Of a stretch of 33,691 nucleotides of DNA, positions 31,342 through 33,691 are shown piece by piece. Origin of the DNA: a virus; the IMG/VR virus record IMGVR_UViG_3300017765_000017; one strand, given 5' to 3'. Under the pieces are notes generated by a model. It made no database searches and was not told where the DNA came from. It saw nothing but the letters and a program-made list of their open reading frames with translations. The position numbers and the translations under genes are program-made. Within the stretch, counting starts at the first letter, position 1. Each line of letters begins with the position of its first letter.

Positions 31342-32106
31342 ATGAAACAATTATCTAAAACAGAAAAAGCCGTGATGAATGGTGTTAGCGTTTACGGTAA
31401 CCGCGTCAAATCCGTTGCCGACGGAATGGCAAAAACAGAAACAGTTATCAAGAAAAGCACCAATGTAAAGCTTGGCAAGAAAGTGACGAAAGGCAAGCTT
31501 GCCGGATTCCCCATCTATACAGTGACGTTACAAGAACGCGCAACATGCCCGGCCTCATGCATCCATTGGCACGATTGTTATGGCAACAATATGATGTTTG
31601 CCGTGCGTTACAATGCCGACGCTGATTTAATAGCCGCAATGGAATCAGAGTTACATGTATTGCAAAAGAAACACCCGGCTGGCTTTTTAGTGCGTTTGCA
31701 TGTACTAGGCGATTTTTTCAGCGTTTCATATGTGGCGCAATGGGCAAAATGGCTGGCAATGTTCCCGGCTTTGCATGTTTACGGATACACCGCGAATCAA
31801 CCGGATGCATCCGACAACAAAGAACGCGGAATTGGTCAAGCCGTTCTATCGTTGCGTATGGCTTGCGGCATCCGTTTTGCGGTGCGTTTTTCCGGTTCAT
31901 ATAGCGACCAATTCAGCGCGTTATCGGCAGATGATGACAAGGCGGTTGATATGCTTTTCAGAAAGAAAGCTTTTGCTTGCCCTACACAAATCAGCAAAGA
32001 GACTGGAAAACTGGCAAAGAAAGATGAACCGACACTTGTCGATTCATGCGGTGCATGTGGCTTATGCTGGCAAGCTTCAAAGCCAGTCGTATTTTTAACC
32101 CATTAA
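31342..32106 (+). CDS. GP88-domain-like protein with two Cys clusters (possible metal/Fe-S site)
   Basis: TLQERATCPASCIHWHDCYGNN (C-x3-C-x5-C) and C-terminal CPTQ...DSCGACGLCW (C-x2-C-x2-C). The overall pattern resembles the phage GP88 family as I recall it. Confidence 0.5.
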   Translation: MKQLSKTEKAVMNGVSVYGNRVKSVADGMAKTETVIKKSTNVKLGKKVTKGKLAGFPIYTVTLQERATCPASCIHWHDCYGNNMMFAVRYNADADLIAAMESELHVLQKKHPAGFLVRLHVLGDFFSVSYVAQWAKWLAMFPALHVYGYTANQPDASDNKERGIGQAVLSLRMACGIRFAVRFSGSYSDQFSALSADDDKAVDMLFRKKAFACPTQISKETGKLAKKDEPTLVDSCGACGLCWQASKPVVFLTH

Positions 32107-32121
32107 AAGAAAGGCGTCACA

Positions 32122-32235
32122 ATGTACGTTTATAAAAACAAATCCGGTGATATCGTTAAATTCATCAAGCCATTGCCGCGCAAAACGCAAAAAATACTTG
32201 GCTTCAAAAACATACCGCAAAAGCGCAAAGCATAA
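32122..32235 (+). CDS. Possible 37-aa basic peptide
   Basis: ATG 32122 with GAAAGG upstream (MYVYKNKSGDIVKFIKPLPRKTQKILGFKNIPQKRKA). It competes with the GTG-initiated track ORF 32147..32350. Confidence 0.3.
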   Translation: MYVYKNKSGDIVKFIKPLPRKTQKILGFKNIPQKRKA

Positions 32236-32242
32236 ACAAGGC

Positions 32243-32261
32243 GGCACGGCTTGCCCGTGCC
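32243..32261 (+). terminator. Hairpin (weak terminator or attenuator)
   Basis: GGCACGG-cttgc-CCGTGCC followed by ACTTTAT, a poor U-tract. Confidence 0.35.
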
Positions 32262-32339
32262 ACTTTATGCCCGCATCGCGTCAAGTGGTGCTGGCATATG
32301 GTGAAAGCCAGCAATGCAACAATAAGGGAAAAACAACAA

Positions 32340-32642
32340 ATGAAACATGAAACACAAGAGTTATATTTATTTGCCTTGCACGACGGCGATTTATACCGTC
32401 AACAACGCGAAAACATTGAAACCAATTTGCAGCGCAAATTTAATAAAGGCATATATGACCGCGAAAAAGCCGCGAAAATGTGGCTTTATTTTGCCGACGC
32501 AGCCGCGCAAAAATACCACAAAGATTTTCGCTGTTATGGTAAATGGTTTGTCATATTCAATATTGATATTAGGCGCGAATTGGCTGGCCTATTTGAATCA
32601 GAATATTTCGACCTAATGAAAATCAGAACGGATTCAGAATAA
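32340..32642 (+). CDS. Hypothetical early protein (ELYLFALHDGDLYRQ motif)
   Basis: ATG 32340 with an AAGGGA RBS is preferred over 32298. TAATG coupling to the next ORF. Confidence 0.55.
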   Translation: MKHETQELYLFALHDGDLYRQQRENIETNLQRKFNKGIYDREKAAKMWLYFADAAAQKYHKDFRCYGKWFVIFNIDIRRELAGLFESEYFDLMKIRTDSE

Positions 32643-32800
32643 TGAATCGCCGCGAAAAACTAGCAAGCGCAACCGGTACAATATCGGTTGTGCTGGCCTT
32701 TATCATAGCAGCAGCGGGCGACACTAGCACGGCTGGCTTGGCGATATTGTTTGCAGCGTTTGCAGCGAGCGCGATAGCTAGCTTCATTTTGAAAGGATGA
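32642..32800 (+). CDS. Small two-TMD membrane protein (52 aa, not in the track)
   Basis: TAATG-coupled ATG 32642: MNRREKLASATGTISVVLAFIIAAAGDTSTAGLAILFAAFAASAIASFILKG. The track lists only the antisense ORF 32623..32826. Confidence 0.5.
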   Translation: MNRREKLASATGTISVVLAFIIAAAGDTSTAGLAILFAAFAASAIASFILKG

Positions 32801-32869
32801 TTCCAAAATAATGCTTGCAATGGCATTGCATGCTGTTAATCTAAACTTGACACAATAAAGGGGTTTATC

Positions 32870-33115
32870 ATGTCAAATCTAAAACAAGCCGCAAATCGGT
32901 TGAATAATCGGTCAGACAATCGGTCAGTCGTTGTCAGCCGTGACCCGGTTGGTATTCCGATCAAGATTGCCGCCGGTTTGATACCGACTAGCTGTTCAAT
33001 GAACGACTATATCGAAGCAATCGAAACGCTAAAGGCTTTCGGTCTGTCAGAGCGGTATGGTGATTTTCTTATTGCTGAATGTGAAAACAAACTATGGGGT
33101 GAAATAGATGGCTAA
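32870..33115 (+). CDS. Hypothetical early protein with an in-frame 12-nt periodic repeat
   Basis: AAAGGGG RBS. AATCGGT occurs at 32894, 32906 and 32918, encoding NRLN-NRSD-NRSV. Confidence 0.55.
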   Translation: MSNLKQAANRLNNRSDNRSVVVSRDPVGIPIKIAAGLIPTSCSMNDYIEAIETLKAFGLSERYGDFLIAECENKLWGEIDG

Positions 33116-33320
33116 ATTTCATATCGAAGTCACCGCAATGGTGACGCAAACCGTGCTGATTGATGCTGATAGCATTGAGACGGCCGAACAGGTGGCAACC
33201 GATCAATTCAAGAGGCAGCTAACAGATTACCAGTCAGATGCTCAATTCGGTTCAAACATTCAACACGAACCGTTTTCGGTTGGCGATTATGACATTTACG
33301 AAAGTTACGAGGCGGAATAA
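33108..33320 (+). CDS. Hypothetical acidic early protein
   Basis: 70-aa track ORF. Its start overlaps the upstream stop by 8 nt. Confidence 0.55.
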   Translation: MAKFHIEVTAMVTQTVLIDADSIETAEQVATDQFKRQLTDYQSDAQFGSNIQHEPFSVGDYDIYESYEAE

Positions 33321-33541
33321 TGGATAATTACGAAAAAGCATTCTACGACCGTTACGGTGACGACAATCAGTCACAGATTCGGTCAGCATTAGATTTTGTC
33401 CTGTATGTTGAGCATTTTGACCCAACACAGGACGAAATGTCGGCAATGTTTCAGTCACTGCCTGACACTGAGCAACAACGGCTCAAAAACGCGACTAAAC
33501 GCATCAAATCACTAACACAAGGGAAACAAAACAATGGCTAA
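33320..33541 (+). CDS. Hypothetical early protein
   Basis: 73-aa track ORF with a TAATG overlap at its start. Confidence 0.55.
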   Translation: MDNYEKAFYDRYGDDNQSQIRSALDFVLYVEHFDPTQDEMSAMFQSLPDTEQQRLKNATKRIKSLTQGKQNNG

Positions 33542-33691
33542 AAAAGAACAATGGGAAATCGACCGCGAAAACCGCATCAAAGCTGAAAAAGCTAGTATGA
33601 ATGCGCTAACACCAAGCCAGCGTGAAGCAATCAAAAAAGCGCATAATGCTTTGCGTGATTTTGTCAATGAATGGTCAGACGGCTTTGACCT
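33534..33691 (+). CDS. N-terminal part of the junction-spanning 80-aa ORF (continues at 2..208)
   Basis: ATG 33534 overlaps the upstream stop (ATGGCTAA). The frame stays open to the window end and continues through the repeat. Confidence 0.6.
   Translation, partial: MAKKEQWEIDRENRIKAEKASMNALTPSQREAIKKAHNALRDFVNEWSDGFD
33569..33691. repeat. Terminal direct repeat copy 2 (identical to 1..123)
   Basis: Base-for-base identity with the window start. Confidence 0.95.

Noticed and set aside
32623-32826. 67-aa minus-strand track ORF
   Set aside because: It is the antisense shadow of a TAATG-coupled plus-strand 52-aa two-TMD ORF (32642..32800). The plus-strand ORF fits the uniformly plus-strand early operon.
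1-33691. tRNA genes, CRISPR arrays, an integrase/attP, or a toxin-antitoxin pair
   Set aside because: I saw no cloverleaf-type sequence with a GTTCGA/GTTCAA T-arm context, no repeat-spacer array, and no ORF with tyrosine or serine recombinase motifs. This rests on visual inspection only, so tRNAscan-SE or profile searches could still overturn it.

Overview
The window is one complete, circularly closed dsDNA phage genome. The first 123 nt are identical to the last 123 nt, so the unique unit is 33,568 bp, and one small ORF runs across the junction.

Gene layout:
- A long minus-strand late operon (30778 down to about 8411): small and large terminase, a run of tiny basic proteins, portal, scaffold, SU10/HK97-type major capsid, adaptor and tail proteins, three Ala/Gly/Gln-rich ejection-type proteins, and a multi-gene fibre / C1q-like receptor-binding block.
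- A minus-strand replication and nuclease block (3152 to 763), led by a Cro-like HTH gene.
- A plus-strand recombination, replication-accessory and lysis block (3272 to 7971).
- A plus-strand early block of small ORFs (31342, across the junction, to 685).

I found no DNA polymerase, primase, helicase, RNA polymerase, integrase, tRNA, CRISPR array or reverse transcriptase. Genes are packed by ATGA/TAATG start-stop overlaps. Several real-looking ORFs fall under the 60-aa cutoff of the supplied track.

Main hunt results:
1. The 9-mer CTTGCAACG is strongly over-represented. Its orientation forms two contiguous blocks on the circle and flips inside the 560-bp non-coding hub between terminase and the early operon.
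2. That hub has G-quadruplex-type arms on opposite strands flanking iteron-like repeats.
3. A coupled cluster of seven tiny, very basic, Cys-containing proteins sits between terminase and portal.
4. The receptor-binding locus carries three C1q/TNF-like paralogs and two paralogous fibre anchors.
5. A self-contained promoter-gene-terminator cassette (moron) sits next to the lysis genes.

All functional calls rest on motifs read by eye, and no database search was possible.
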